DNA from: an uncultured Chloroflexia bacterium
GTDB taxonomy: Bacteria; Chloroflexota; Limnocylindria; QHBO01
Assembly: GCA_963844415.1 (NCBI GenBank)
Contig: CAWJOA010000006.1
Span: forward strand, 354,855 to 418,854
Direction: 5' to 3'
Length of the DNA stretch: 64,000 nucleotides
Within the stretch, counting starts at the first letter, position 1. Each line of letters starts with the position of its first letter. The notes under the pieces were generated by a model, which was given only the letters and a program-made list of their open reading frames with translations, did not search any database and was not told the DNA's origin. Of the stretch, positions 55,267 to 64,000 are shown in pieces. The position numbers and the translations under genes were made by a program.

Positions 55267-56817
55267 ATGTCCACCGACTTCGACGCCACCCTGAACGACG
55301 CATACGGGTTCGACGCGCCGGGCGTGACGTTCGGGGCAGCGATGCGCGGCGACGAGGCTGTCCCCGCGGTGCAGGTCCGTGTGCCGCTCGCGATGATGAA
55401 CCGCCACGGGCTCGTCGCCGGCGCCACCGGCACCGGCAAGACGAAGACGCTGCAGGTGCTCGCCGAGCAGCTGTCCGACGCCGGCGTGCCGGTCTTCATC
55501 AGCGACATCAAGGGCGACATCTCGGGGCTCGGCGCGCCGGCGGAGGTCAACGACAAGCTCACAACCCGCGCCACCGCCATCGGCTTCGCCGACTACGCGC
55601 CGAAGGCGTTCCCGGTCGAGTTCCTCACCCTGGACCGCGACGGGAAGGGCGTGCGCCTGCGCGCATCGGTCTCGAGCTTTGGGCCGATCCTGCTGGCCAA
55701 GGTCCTCGACCTGAACGACACCCAGCAATCGGTGCTGGCGCTGACGTTCAAGTACGCCGACGACAAGCAGCTGCCGCTCGTGAACCTCGAGGACCTACGC
55801 GCGCTGCTCAACCACCTGAACTCCGACGAGGGCAAAGCGGAGATGGCGGAGTACGGCGGGATCGCGACCGCCACCGCCGGCGTGATCATCCGCAAGATCG
55901 TCGAGCTCGAGCAGCAGGAGGCCGACGCGTTCTTCGGCGCGCCGGAGTTCGACGTCGAGCACTTCCTGCGCCTGACCGATGACGGCCGCGGCATCGTCAG
56001 CGTCCTCGAGCTGGCCGACATGCAGGACCGCCCGGCGCTGTTCAGCACGTTCATGATGTGGCTCCTCGCCAGCCTCTACGAGTCCCTGCCGGAAGTCGGC
56101 GACCCGGAGAAGCCAAAGCTCGTCTTCTTCTTCGACGAGGCGCACCTGCTGTTCCGCGACGCCAACAAGACGTTCATGCAGCAGATCGAGCTGGTGGCGC
56201 GCCTCATCCGCTCCAAGGGCGTCGGCGTCTACTTCGTCACCCACTCGCCGTCCGACGTCCCGGCCGAGGTGCTCGGCCAGCTCGGCAACCGCGTCCAGCA
56301 CGCGCTCCGCGCCTTCACGCCCGATGACCTGGAGGTCGTGCGTGCGACCGCCGAGACCTTCCCGACCACTGAGCTCTATGACGTGGAGGAGGAGCTCACC
56401 GCGCTCGGTACCGGCGAGGCGCTGATCACCGCCCTCGACCTCAAGGGCCGGCCGATGCCGACCGCGCGGACGATGATGCGCCCGCCGATGTCGCTGATGG
56501 CGCAGGTCGACCCGACGGTCGTCGACGCGGCCGTGGCGGCCTCGGCGATCGCAGCGACCTACGCCACCGACTCCGACCCCGAGTCGGCCAAGGAGCTGCT
56601 CGCGGCGCGGCTGGCGCGCGCGACCGAGGCGGCGAAGGAGCCGATGGAGGGCGTCGAGGACCCGGAATCGCCGGCCGAGCGCAAGATGCGGCCGACCCGC
56701 GCGCCCGAGCGCGGCGTCGACTGGGGCGACGTGGCGCAGGAGGGAGCGCGCATCGCGCGGTCGGGGACGTTCAACACGATCCTGCGCAGCATCCTCGGCG
56801 TCCTCAAGCGCCGCTAG
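55267..56817 (+). CDS. HerA-like DUF853 AAA-type ATPase (helicase HerA-like domain protein)
   Basis: ORF 55225..56817 (start at ATG 55267): Walker A GLVAGATGTGKTKTLQVL, Walker B-like KLVFFFDEAHLLF, long C-terminal tail. Confidence 0.75.
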   Translation: MSTDFDATLNDAYGFDAPGVTFGAAMRGDEAVPAVQVRVPLAMMNRHGLVAGATGTGKTKTLQVLAEQLSDAGVPVFISDIKGDISGLGAPAEVNDKLTTRATAIGFADYAPKAFPVEFLTLDRDGKGVRLRASVSSFGPILLAKVLDLNDTQQSVLALTFKYADDKQLPLVNLEDLRALLNHLNSDEGKAEMAEYGGIATATAGVIIRKIVELEQQEADAFFGAPEFDVEHFLRLTDDGRGIVSVLELADMQDRPALFSTFMMWLLASLYESLPEVGDPEKPKLVFFFDEAHLLFRDANKTFMQQIELVARLIRSKGVGVYFVTHSPSDVPAEVLGQLGNRVQHALRAFTPDDLEVVRATAETFPTTELYDVEEELTALGTGEALITALDLKGRPMPTARTMMRPPMSLMAQVDPTVVDAAVAASAIAATYATDSDPESAKELLAARLARATEAAKEPMEGVEDPESPAERKMRPTRAPERGVDWGDVAQEGARIARSGTFNTILRSILGVLKRR

Positions 56818-56844
56818 GCGCTCCGACTGGCCGCCGACTCGGTC

Positions 56845-57681
56845 ATGGAGCAGACTGGTCCGGTGAGCGCGATGCGCCGCATCGGTCCTGGCTGGTCCTG
56901 GCTCCTGCTAAGTGCCGTGGCCCTGACCGCGTGCAGCCCGGAGGTCGCATCTCCCAGCGCCCAGGCTGCTCTCCCGACGCTGCCACAGGGCAGCGCTACG
57001 GTCGACCTCGAGCCGGCATCGTTCTCGACCGAGATCACGAACCGATTCTGGCCGATGGCGCCGGGCACGCGGTGGACCTACCGCGAGATCGACGAGGAAG
57101 GCAGTGCGCTGGTCGTGGTCGTCACGGTCAGCTCGGAGACGAGGGAGATTGCAAACGGCGTGACGGCGCTCATCGTCCGTGACACGGTGACCGAGGAAGG
57201 CGAGCTCATCGAGGACACGGTCGACTGGTATGCGCAGGATGCGGAGGGCAACGTCTGGTACCTCGGGGAGGACACCGCGGAGTTCGAGGGTGGCGAGGTC
57301 GCCACGACCGAGGGATCGTGGGAGGCCGGCGTCGACGGCGCCCTACCCGGGGTCATCGTGCCGGCGAATCCGACCGACGGGATGCGCTACCGGCAGGAGT
57401 ACTACGCCGGCGAGGCCGAGGACAACGGCGAGGTCCTGAGCATCGACGAGCAGGCGGAGGTCCCGCACGGCCACTTCACCGACGTCCTGCTGACCAAGGA
57501 CACCAGCACGATCCAACCCGAGGTGCTCGAGTACAAGCTCTACGCTCCCGACATCGGTCCGGTGCTCATCTTCGGCGTTTCCGGCGGCGGCGGGCGCGAG
57601 GAGCTGGTCTCCGTCGAGACGGTCGACGCCGAAACCGCGCGAATGGCCGGCACGACCCCGCTCGGCGAACCCTATCCCTGA
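56845..57681 (+). CDS. hypothetical lipoprotein
   Basis: ORF 56845..57681: LLLSAVALTAC lipobox, acidic globular domain. Confidence 0.55.
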   Translation: MEQTGPVSAMRRIGPGWSWLLLSAVALTACSPEVASPSAQAALPTLPQGSATVDLEPASFSTEITNRFWPMAPGTRWTYREIDEEGSALVVVVTVSSETREIANGVTALIVRDTVTEEGELIEDTVDWYAQDAEGNVWYLGEDTAEFEGGEVATTEGSWEAGVDGALPGVIVPANPTDGMRYRQEYYAGEAEDNGEVLSIDEQAEVPHGHFTDVLLTKDTSTIQPEVLEYKLYAPDIGPVLIFGVSGGGGREELVSVETVDAETARMAGTTPLGEPYP

Positions 57682-57790
57682 GCGGAGAGGCTGGCACACG
57701 GCAGTACACTCTCATCCTGGCTGGCCGGACCTCGTCGGCCGCTGTCCACGGACCGATGGCCGAGCCGGCGCTTCGATGGGAGGTGGTTGC

Positions 57791-58198
57791 GTGCGCGCGT
57801 TCATCGTGAAGCTCGAGAACCGGCCGGGGACGCTGGCCGATCTCGGCGAAGCGCTCGGGGAGCGGGGAATCAACATCACCGGGCTGTCGGGGACGAGCTG
57901 GGACGGCGAGGGTGCGCTCGCGGTGATCACGAACGACGACGCCGGCGCCCGAGCCGTGCTCGAGAATCGCGACTTCACCTACCGCGACTGCGAGATCGTC
58001 TCCGCGAGTCTCGAGGACAAGCCCGGCACGCTCGGCGCGGTCGCCCGGCGGCTGGCCGAGCGAGGCGTGAACGTCGAGCTCGTCATGACGACCGGCGTCC
58101 AGGGCACGCGGCTGACCGTCGCGCTCGGCGTCGATGACCCGTCGGGAGCTCGGGAGGCGCTCGGCGAGCTGGCGGCAACGGGCACTCTGCCGATCTAG
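57791..58198 (+). CDS. tandem ACT-domain small regulatory protein
   Basis: GTG 57791 preceded by GGGAGG (ORF 57776..58198): two bab folds, FIVKLENRPGTLADLGEALGERGINI and EIVSASLEDKPGTLGAVARRLAERGVNV. Confidence 0.6.
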   Translation: MRAFIVKLENRPGTLADLGEALGERGINITGLSGTSWDGEGALAVITNDDAGARAVLENRDFTYRDCEIVSASLEDKPGTLGAVARRLAERGVNVELVMTTGVQGTRLTVALGVDDPSGAREALGELAATGTLPI

Positions 58199-58947
58199 GT
58201 CCGACCCAGCGTCTCCGCGGCGAGGTCGGGGACGTCGGTGACGAATCCCCACAGACCGATGTCGGCGAGAAACTTCATCCGCGCGGGATCGTTGACCACG
58301 TAGCAGCCAACCTCGAGCCCCAGGAGGTTCGCGTTCGCCAGGAGTGCCAGCGGGTCGTCGCCGAGGTCGCGCTCCCAGGGGTGAACGCCCGCGTGCCCGC
58401 GGCCGGACGCCCACGCAAGGGCGTCGTCGATCGGCTGCCCCGGGGCGACGAGGTAGCCGGTTCGCAGCGCGGGGTCGAGCTCGCGCACGCGGTCGATCGC
58501 CGCCTCGTCGAAGCTGATCACCGAGAGGCGGCCCTCGGTTTGGACCGGGCGACCGTCAACGGCCGCGACGACGGCATCGGCGGCGGCGCGGGCCTTGATC
58601 TCGATCACCAGCCCGCTGGTGGTTGGGAGCCAGTCGAGCACCTCGGGCAGCGCGGGTACCCGCAGGTCACGTCCTGCGTAGGGGAAGCCCGAGTCGTCGG
58701 GCCGCGCGAAGCGCGCGCCCGCATCGGCCTCGCGAATCTCGTCCATCGTCAGGCTCGCGACCTCGCCGGTGCGATCGGTCGTGCGGTCCAGGGTGCCGTC
58801 GTGGATGACCGCCAGCTGGCCGTCGGCGGTGAGGTGGACGTCGAGCTCGATCGCATCGGCCCCCGCTTCGATGCCGAGACGGAAGGCCTCCATCGTGTTT
58901 TCGGGTGCCTGGGCCGACGCGCCGCGGTGGGCGACGATGATCGTCAT
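58195..58947 (-). CDS. glycerophosphodiester phosphodiesterase (GDPD family)
   Basis: From ATG 58947 (MTIIVAHRGASAQAPENTMEAFR..ELDVHLTADGQLAVIHD): canonical GDPD N-terminal motifs. As written it is in-frame with the upstream MFS gene. Confidence 0.75.
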   Translation of the reverse strand: MTIIVAHRGASAQAPENTMEAFRLGIEAGADAIELDVHLTADGQLAVIHDGTLDRTTDRTGEVASLTMDEIREADAGARFARPDDSGFPYAGRDLRVPALPEVLDWLPTTSGLVIEIKARAAADAVVAAVDGRPVQTEGRLSVISFDEAAIDRVRELDPALRTGYLVAPGQPIDDALAWASGRGHAGVHPWERDLGDDPLALLANANLLGLEVGCYVVNDPARMKFLADIGLWGFVTDVPDLAAETLGRT

Positions 58948-60288
58948 CGAATCGCCTCCCCGGGCGGGACGATCGCCGGCTCGATGGCCGCCGCCAGCGT
59001 CGAGATCATCGGTGGGATCTTCTCCGGGGGGCACGCCGATCACGAACACGACGCCGATGCCGAGCAGCACGAGGAGGCTGGCGATCGCGATCTGATAGGC
59101 GCCGTCGCCGAGGCTGGGCTCGAGGCCGGCGACGATGCTCGTGTAGACCACTGGGCCGATCACCGCGCTCAGCTTGCCGACCAGTCCGTACACGCCGAGG
59201 GTCTCGCCGATCCGTGCCGGCGGGGTGAGCCGCAGCACGAGCAGCCGATCCGTCACCCCGACGCCGCCGAGCCCGGCGCCGAGGAGCGCTCCGGCAACGA
59301 GAAACGGGATCGGCTCGAGCGTGACGGTCAGCATGAGCAGCCCGACGGCCCACGTCGCGAGCACGACCAGCAGCGTGCGCTTCGGACCGATGTTGTCGTT
59401 GAGCCATCCCCAGCCGAACGAGGCGATCACCGCGACCACGGTCAGCAGCAGGAGGATGTTCAGCGCCTCGGCCTGCGTGAAGCCGACGGCGTAGACGGCA
59501 AAGGCGCTCATCACGACGATCGCGGTGTTCACCGGGTCGGTGTAGAAGAAGCGGCCGACGAGGAACCGCAGCAGGCCGGGCGTCTCGCGCGCGTGGCGGA
59601 TGCTCGTGCCGAGCTGCGACCAGCTGCGGACCGCGTCGATGGCCCGAAACGGTTCGCCGGCCGGCCCGCGCTCCCGGACGATCAGGAACAGCGGCACGGC
59701 GAAGATCGCAAACAGCGACGCGATGAGCAGGAAGCTGGCGGCGGTGCTGTTGCCGTCCGCATCGGTCGTGAACCTGAAGAGGAGGCCGGAGACGATCGTC
59801 CCCAGGTAGCCGAGGCCGACGCCGATGCCGGACAGCTTCCCGCGCTTGGTGGCCCGCGCGACCTCCGGCAGCAGCGCGTCGTAGTAGATGAGCGCGGCCT
59901 GGTACGCGAAGTTGGCGAGGGCGAACGCCAGGAGGCCGAGGCCGATGTCGACGAGGCCGATGAGGGCGGTCGGCACGATCGTCAGGATCGTGAAGAAGAG
60001 CAGGAACGGCTTGCGGCGGCCGGTCCGGTCGCTCATCGCGCCGAGGATGGGAGAGACGACCGCGTTGACGAGCACCGAGGCGCTCACGGCGATCCCGAAC
60101 CAGCGCTGGCCCTCCGTCTCGCCGAGGAAGCTGATCGCCCACAGGCTCATCGCGAAGCTGACGATCGCGAAGCTGAAGATCGTGTTCGCGAAGTCGTAGA
60201 GGGCCCAGGCCAGGCCCTCGCCGGCGCTGCCCGATCGGGTCATGCCGCCGAGCCCGCGCCACCAGGTGGCCGGCGCCAGGACGGTCAC
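58948..60288 (-). CDS. MFS transporter (UMF1/Atg22-like) written in-frame with the downstream GDPD gene; probably a separate gene whose stop is lost by a C6 homopolymer indel near 58975
   Basis: ORF 58195..60288 N-terminal 447 aa: 12 TM helices, GLAWALYDFANTIF start region. Shifting +1 at gtgcccccc gives ..VPPEKIPPMISTLAAAIEPAIVPPGEAIR* with TGA overlapping the GDPD ATG. Confidence 0.65.
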
Positions 60289-60335
60289 GGCTGCTCGGCT
60301 CGACGGGTCATCTGCGGCCGATCATACGCGGCGGT

Positions 60336-60935
60336 CTAGCGGCGCATCACCGGGTCGAGGAGGGCGTTGACCGAGCGCTGGACGAGGTCGGCGTCGAAGC
60401 GGTCGCCGTTCTCGGCGTGGTGGGCGATCACCCCGTCCATGAGCATCGCCGTCGCCAGGCTGAGCTCCTCCACGTCGACCTCGGCGGCGACCTCGCCGCG
60501 GGCCATCGACTCGCGCAGGAACATCGCCGCGAACGCGCGGATCTGGTCGCAACGGCGGCGCAGGACGTCGCGCAGGGCCGGGCGCACGTCGGCCTCGGCC
60601 CAGCCGGTCGTTACGATCGCGCCCCAGCCCTCTGCCTCGAGGCTCTCGACGAAGTGGCGGACGGCGGCCGCCACGCGCTCGCGCGGGTCGGAGATCGTGC
60701 CGAGGTGGGCGGCAAGCTCGTCGAGCTGCGCCTGCGTCACGCCCTCGCACATCGCGAGGTAGAGCTCCTCCTTGCTGTCGAAGTACCGATACAGCAGGCC
60801 GACGCTGACATCGGACTCGGCGGCGATCGCCGGCATCGTCGTGCCCCGGTAGCCGCCGGCGAGCATGGCCCGATAGGCGCCGTCGAGGATGCGCCCTCGC
60901 ATCTCGGTGGCATGGGCGGCGCTCGTTCGTGGCAC
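60336..60935 (-). CDS. TetR-family transcriptional regulator
   Basis: ORF 60336..60935: HTH TTMPAIAAESDVSVGLLYRYFDSKEELY. Confidence 0.8.
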   Translation of the reverse strand: MPRTSAAHATEMRGRILDGAYRAMLAGGYRGTTMPAIAAESDVSVGLLYRYFDSKEELYLAMCEGVTQAQLDELAAHLGTISDPRERVAAAVRHFVESLEAEGWGAIVTTGWAEADVRPALRDVLRRRCDQIRAFAAMFLRESMARGEVAAEVDVEELSLATAMLMDGVIAHHAENGDRFDADLVQRSVNALLDPVMRR

Positions 60936-61046
60936 GCGGCAGACCCTCGTTTCGTGATGAACTCTTATTCATTGTGCGGGTTGACCGATGCGTAACGCAA
61001 GCGGTAATCTCAACCGACGAGCCTGAACAAGCATTCATCGGTACCG

Positions 61047-63548
61047 ATGCGTCGACCCCTGATCCTCGGAGCCATCCTGGCGGGCGTCACCGCCGCACTC
61101 CTCGCCATCCGCGGCATCCGCGAGCCGCTCGACCCGCCGCCCGGAATCCCCGAGGCGCCCGAGCCTCCGCCTCCCGCCGCCCCGCCCACCCCGCCGCCGC
61201 CCGACGACCGAATCGCGCACAACGGCATCTTCGCCGCGCTCGGGCGCGCCACGTACCGGCACCGTCGGTGGCTCCCGATCGCCGGCATCGCGCTCGTGGT
61301 CGGCGTGAACGTCTGGGCCGCGACCGCCGGGGATCAGCTCAGCCAGGGCGGCTGGCAGATCGAAGGCTCCGAGGCCGCACGCGCCGAAGCGTTGGTGGCC
61401 GATCGGTTCGGCGAGCAGGCAACGAGCCTCATCGTGATCCTGACCGATCCCGATGGCGACGCGGCCTCCCCCGAGTTCCAGGCGACCGTCGCCGAGACGG
61501 TGGCGCCACTCGCCGAAGACGCGCTCGTCAGCGAGATCCTCACGTACGCCGATGTCGGCGACCCGTCCTTCCTGAGCCGTGACGGGACGAAGACCTTCGC
61601 ACTCGTCCGCATCGACGAGGAGGTCGAGGAGGCCGTCGACGACGCGGAGCACCTCGCGGGCCTCGTCGACGCGCCGGACGGCGTCGAAACGATCGTCACC
61701 GGCATCCCGCTCGTGCAGCACGAGTTCAACCAGGCGATCGAGGAGGACCTCTTCCGCGCCGAGATCATCAGCCTGCCGATCGCGCTGCTCATCCTGCTCG
61801 CGGTGTTCGGCACCGTCGTCGGCGCCGTGCTGCCGGTGATCATCGCGCTGATGGCGCTGCCGACCGCGATGGCGATCATCGGCCTCCTCGCGGGCGTGAC
61901 CGAGATGAGCATCTTCGTCACGAACGTGGCGACGATGATCGGCCTGGCGCTGTCGATCGACTACTCCCTCTTCACGGTCAGCCGCTTCCGCGAGGAACTC
62001 CGGCATCGGTCCGTCGCCGATGCGGTCGAGCACACGATGGCAACCGTCGGCAAGGCGGTCGCGATCAGCGGGATCGCGGTGGCCATCGGTCTGTCCAGCC
62101 TGATCGTCTTCGAGTCCGCAGCCCTGCGCAGCATGGGCATCGGCGGCGTCGCGACGGTGCTCTCGACGCTCGTCTTCGGCCTCACCGTCCTGCCGGCGCT
62201 GCTCGGCATGCTCGGACCGCGGGTCAACCGACTGCGCGTGCCGCTGCCGAAGAGCCTTCGCCTGATCGAGGACGACCCCGAGGCGGCCGATGCGCGACAG
62301 GGCCAGGGCTACTGGGCCCGCGTCGCCCGGCTCGTCATGCGCCACCCGGTCGCGATCGCGACGCCGGTGCTCATCGTCCTCATCGTCGCCGGCCTGCCGT
62401 TCTTCGGCATCCAGCTATCGACCGGCGGCAACCTCGACGACCTCCCGCCGTCGGGGAGCGTGACCGGCTTCCGCGTGCTCGAGGACGAGTTCCCCGGCGG
62501 CGGCTCCGACCCGATCGAGGTCGCCGTGCGGTACGACGAGCCGATCGCGCCCGACGGCGCGTTGGACCCGGCCTGGGTCACCGAGCTCGAGGCCTACGAG
62601 GCCGATCTGGCCGAGGTCGAGCACGTCAACGAGATCTCGAGCGTCCTCGATCCGCCGGCCGGGATGGACGCGACCGTCTACCGCCAGCTCATCTCGCTGC
62701 CCGAGGAGGAGCGACCGGCCGAGGCGGCCGGGCTGTCGGCCTGGATCGACCAGTGGGTCCGCGAGGACGTCAACCGGCTCGAGGTGTTCAGCACGGCGCT
62801 GCCCGACTCCAGCGAGGGGCGCGCGGTCGTCGACGAGGTCCGCGCCACGCCCGCGCCAGAGGGAGCCGAGGAGGTCCTGACCGGCGGCCTCTCGTCGCGC
62901 TCGCACGACTTCATGGCCAGCTTCACCGAGTCGGTCCCGTACGCGATCGCGATCGTGGTGGGCGTGACCGCCATCGTCCTGTTCCTCACGTTCGGATCGG
63001 TCTTCCTGCCGATCAAGGCCGTGTTGATGAGCCTGCTCAGCATCACCGCCAGCTTCGGCGCACTGATCTGGATCTTCCAGGAGGGCAACCTGTCGTGGCT
63101 GCTCGACTTCGATCCATCGGGAACGATCGTGGCCTCGACGCCGATCCTCATGTTCGCGATCCTCTTCGGCCTCTCGATGGACTACGAGGTGCTGCTCCTG
63201 TCGCGCATCCGCGAGCGCTATCTCGCGACCGGCGACAACACCCGGGCCGTGGCCGAGGGGATCGGCATGACCGGCGGGATCATCACCGGGGCGGCGCTGA
63301 TCATGGTCGCCGTCTTCGGCGCCTTCGCGCTCTCGTCGGTGATGGTCATCAAGTCGCTCGGCTTCGCGATGGCGCTGGCGGTGCTCATCGACGCGACGAT
63401 CGTGCGCGGCATCCTCGTGCCGGCCTTCATGCGCGTCATGGGCTCGCTCAACTGGTGGGCCCCGCGATGGATGCAGCGCGGCGTCGCCAAGCTGGGGCTG
63501 TACGAGGGTGCGCCCGAGCCGCCGGCGCCGGAGCCTGCCGCCGCCTGA
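61047..63548 (+). CDS. MMPL-family (RND superfamily) membrane transporter
   Basis: ORF 61047..63548: two 6-TM bundles each followed by a large periplasmic loop, duplicated LSIDYSL / LSMDYEVLLLSRIRE motifs. Confidence 0.85.
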   Translation: MRRPLILGAILAGVTAALLAIRGIREPLDPPPGIPEAPEPPPPAAPPTPPPPDDRIAHNGIFAALGRATYRHRRWLPIAGIALVVGVNVWAATAGDQLSQGGWQIEGSEAARAEALVADRFGEQATSLIVILTDPDGDAASPEFQATVAETVAPLAEDALVSEILTYADVGDPSFLSRDGTKTFALVRIDEEVEEAVDDAEHLAGLVDAPDGVETIVTGIPLVQHEFNQAIEEDLFRAEIISLPIALLILLAVFGTVVGAVLPVIIALMALPTAMAIIGLLAGVTEMSIFVTNVATMIGLALSIDYSLFTVSRFREELRHRSVADAVEHTMATVGKAVAISGIAVAIGLSSLIVFESAALRSMGIGGVATVLSTLVFGLTVLPALLGMLGPRVNRLRVPLPKSLRLIEDDPEAADARQGQGYWARVARLVMRHPVAIATPVLIVLIVAGLPFFGIQLSTGGNLDDLPPSGSVTGFRVLEDEFPGGGSDPIEVAVRYDEPIAPDGALDPAWVTELEAYEADLAEVEHVNEISSVLDPPAGMDATVYRQLISLPEEERPAEAAGLSAWIDQWVREDVNRLEVFSTALPDSSEGRAVVDEVRATPAPEGAEEVLTGGLSSRSHDFMASFTESVPYAIAIVVGVTAIVLFLTFGSVFLPIKAVLMSLLSITASFGALIWIFQEGNLSWLLDFDPSGTIVASTPILMFAILFGLSMDYEVLLLSRIRERYLATGDNTRAVAEGIGMTGGIITGAALIMVAVFGAFALSSVMVIKSLGFAMALAVLIDATIVRGILVPAFMRVMGSLNWWAPRWMQRGVAKLGLYEGAPEPPAPEPAAA

Positions 63549-63806
63549 GCGGCGCCTGGTCTCGAATCGATCGAGGCACGTTCACCGGAGGCATCGCGCG
63601 CGTGCGATTCCCGCGGTGGAACGAGGGCGAGAACGCATGAGCAGCGCGCGGGCGGGCCGCTCGTGCGCATCGGTCCTCGATGGATCGCGGAAACGCAGCG
63701 CGGGAACCCCTTCGTGTGAAACTCCCTCGACGTACCGCGGGCTGCGGCCCCGGAAATCGCCGTCTGCCCTCATCGAGTCATCGCCCTGATCGGGTAGGCT
63801 CGCGCG

Positions 63807-64000
63807 ATGGAGCGGCGAAGCCTCGAGGAGCTGACGGACCGATGGCGCGCGCGCCACGACGCTCGCGCATCGACTGACCGTCCGCCCGCCGAGCCGGAGC
63901 GCGAGGAGCTCGCCAGGCGCGCGTTCCCGTTCCGTGAGACCACGCCGGCCGCGTACGTGGCCGAGCACGGCGCCGACATGGTCGGCTTCACCTACGACGA
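63807..64000 (+). CDS. hypothetical protein, 3'-truncated by the window edge
   Basis: ATG 63807 (MERRSLEELTDRWRARHDARA...AYVAEHGADMVGFTYD) with coding-like GC3; not in the ORF table because it is open-ended. Confidence 0.3.
   Translation, partial: MERRSLEELTDRWRARHDARASTDRPPAEPEREELARRAFPFRETTPAAYVAEHGADMVGFTYD

Noticed and set aside
58381-60339. 652-aa plus ORF antisense to the MFS/GDPD genes
   Set aside because: Same artefact class (R/G/D/E-rich, no family resemblance).
60955-60974. TGATGAA-N6-TTCATTG in the TetR/MMPL intergenic region as a TetR operator
   Set aside because: Only a 5-bp perfect core (ATGAA/TTCAT); plausible but not distinguishable from chance in a 110-bp region.

Overview
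This is a very high-GC (about 70%) bacterial chromosomal window of ordinary accessory/housekeeping character, with no transposase or integrase detected. The content looks actinobacterial: F420-type enzymes (LLM, Ddn-like, PPOX), CtaF, and many LLAAC/LTAC lipoboxes. About 70 genes are densely packed on both strands. Long spurious antisense ORFs typical of high GC occur throughout; coding calls rest on family-specific motifs read from the supplied translations.

Main features, left to right:
- serA 3' end and an MBL-fold hydrolase.
- A flavin monooxygenase flanked by a COG4315 lipoprotein and a tandem pair of membrane-anchored blue-copper cupredoxins. One of the pair is frame-disrupted, and an inverted-repeat-bounded element sits between them.
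- tRNA-Pro(CGG).
- A pan operon: DUF2520, panC and panB, with a GTGA overlap.
- An HtrA protease and an HxlR regulator.
- A roughly 2.3 kb decayed region (17.96-20.25 kb) with no intact gene and an in-frame tandem duplication.
- A divergent nickel/cobalt transporter (NicO) and Fur-family regulator with a perfect palindromic box between them.
- CorA.
- A PPOX-UbiA prenyltransferase fusion.
- Tryptophanase (frameshifted) with an F420-dependent LLM.
- An MsrQ-like domain fused to a molybdopterin oxidoreductase.
- A complete heme-copper oxidase biogenesis locus: a CtaA-CtaB fusion, CtaG, CtaC fused to an amicyanin-like cupredoxin instead of a cytochrome c domain, CtaD, CtaE, CtaF and a TlpA-like thioredoxin.
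- ispG.
- A methyltransferase / geranylgeranyl-reductase-like / SRPBCC / FabF operon, and trxB.
- A three-gene cluster encoding a TasA/camelysin-like secreted protein, a SipW-type (Ser/His) signal peptidase, and a second secreted protein with the same unusual signal peptide class. This is the most system-like novelty here.
- An S9 peptidase, a HerA-like DUF853 ATPase, and a divergent TetR/MMPL pair.

At least five CDSs are interrupted by single-base frameshifts, several at homopolymers, suggesting indel errors in the assembly or true pseudogenes.
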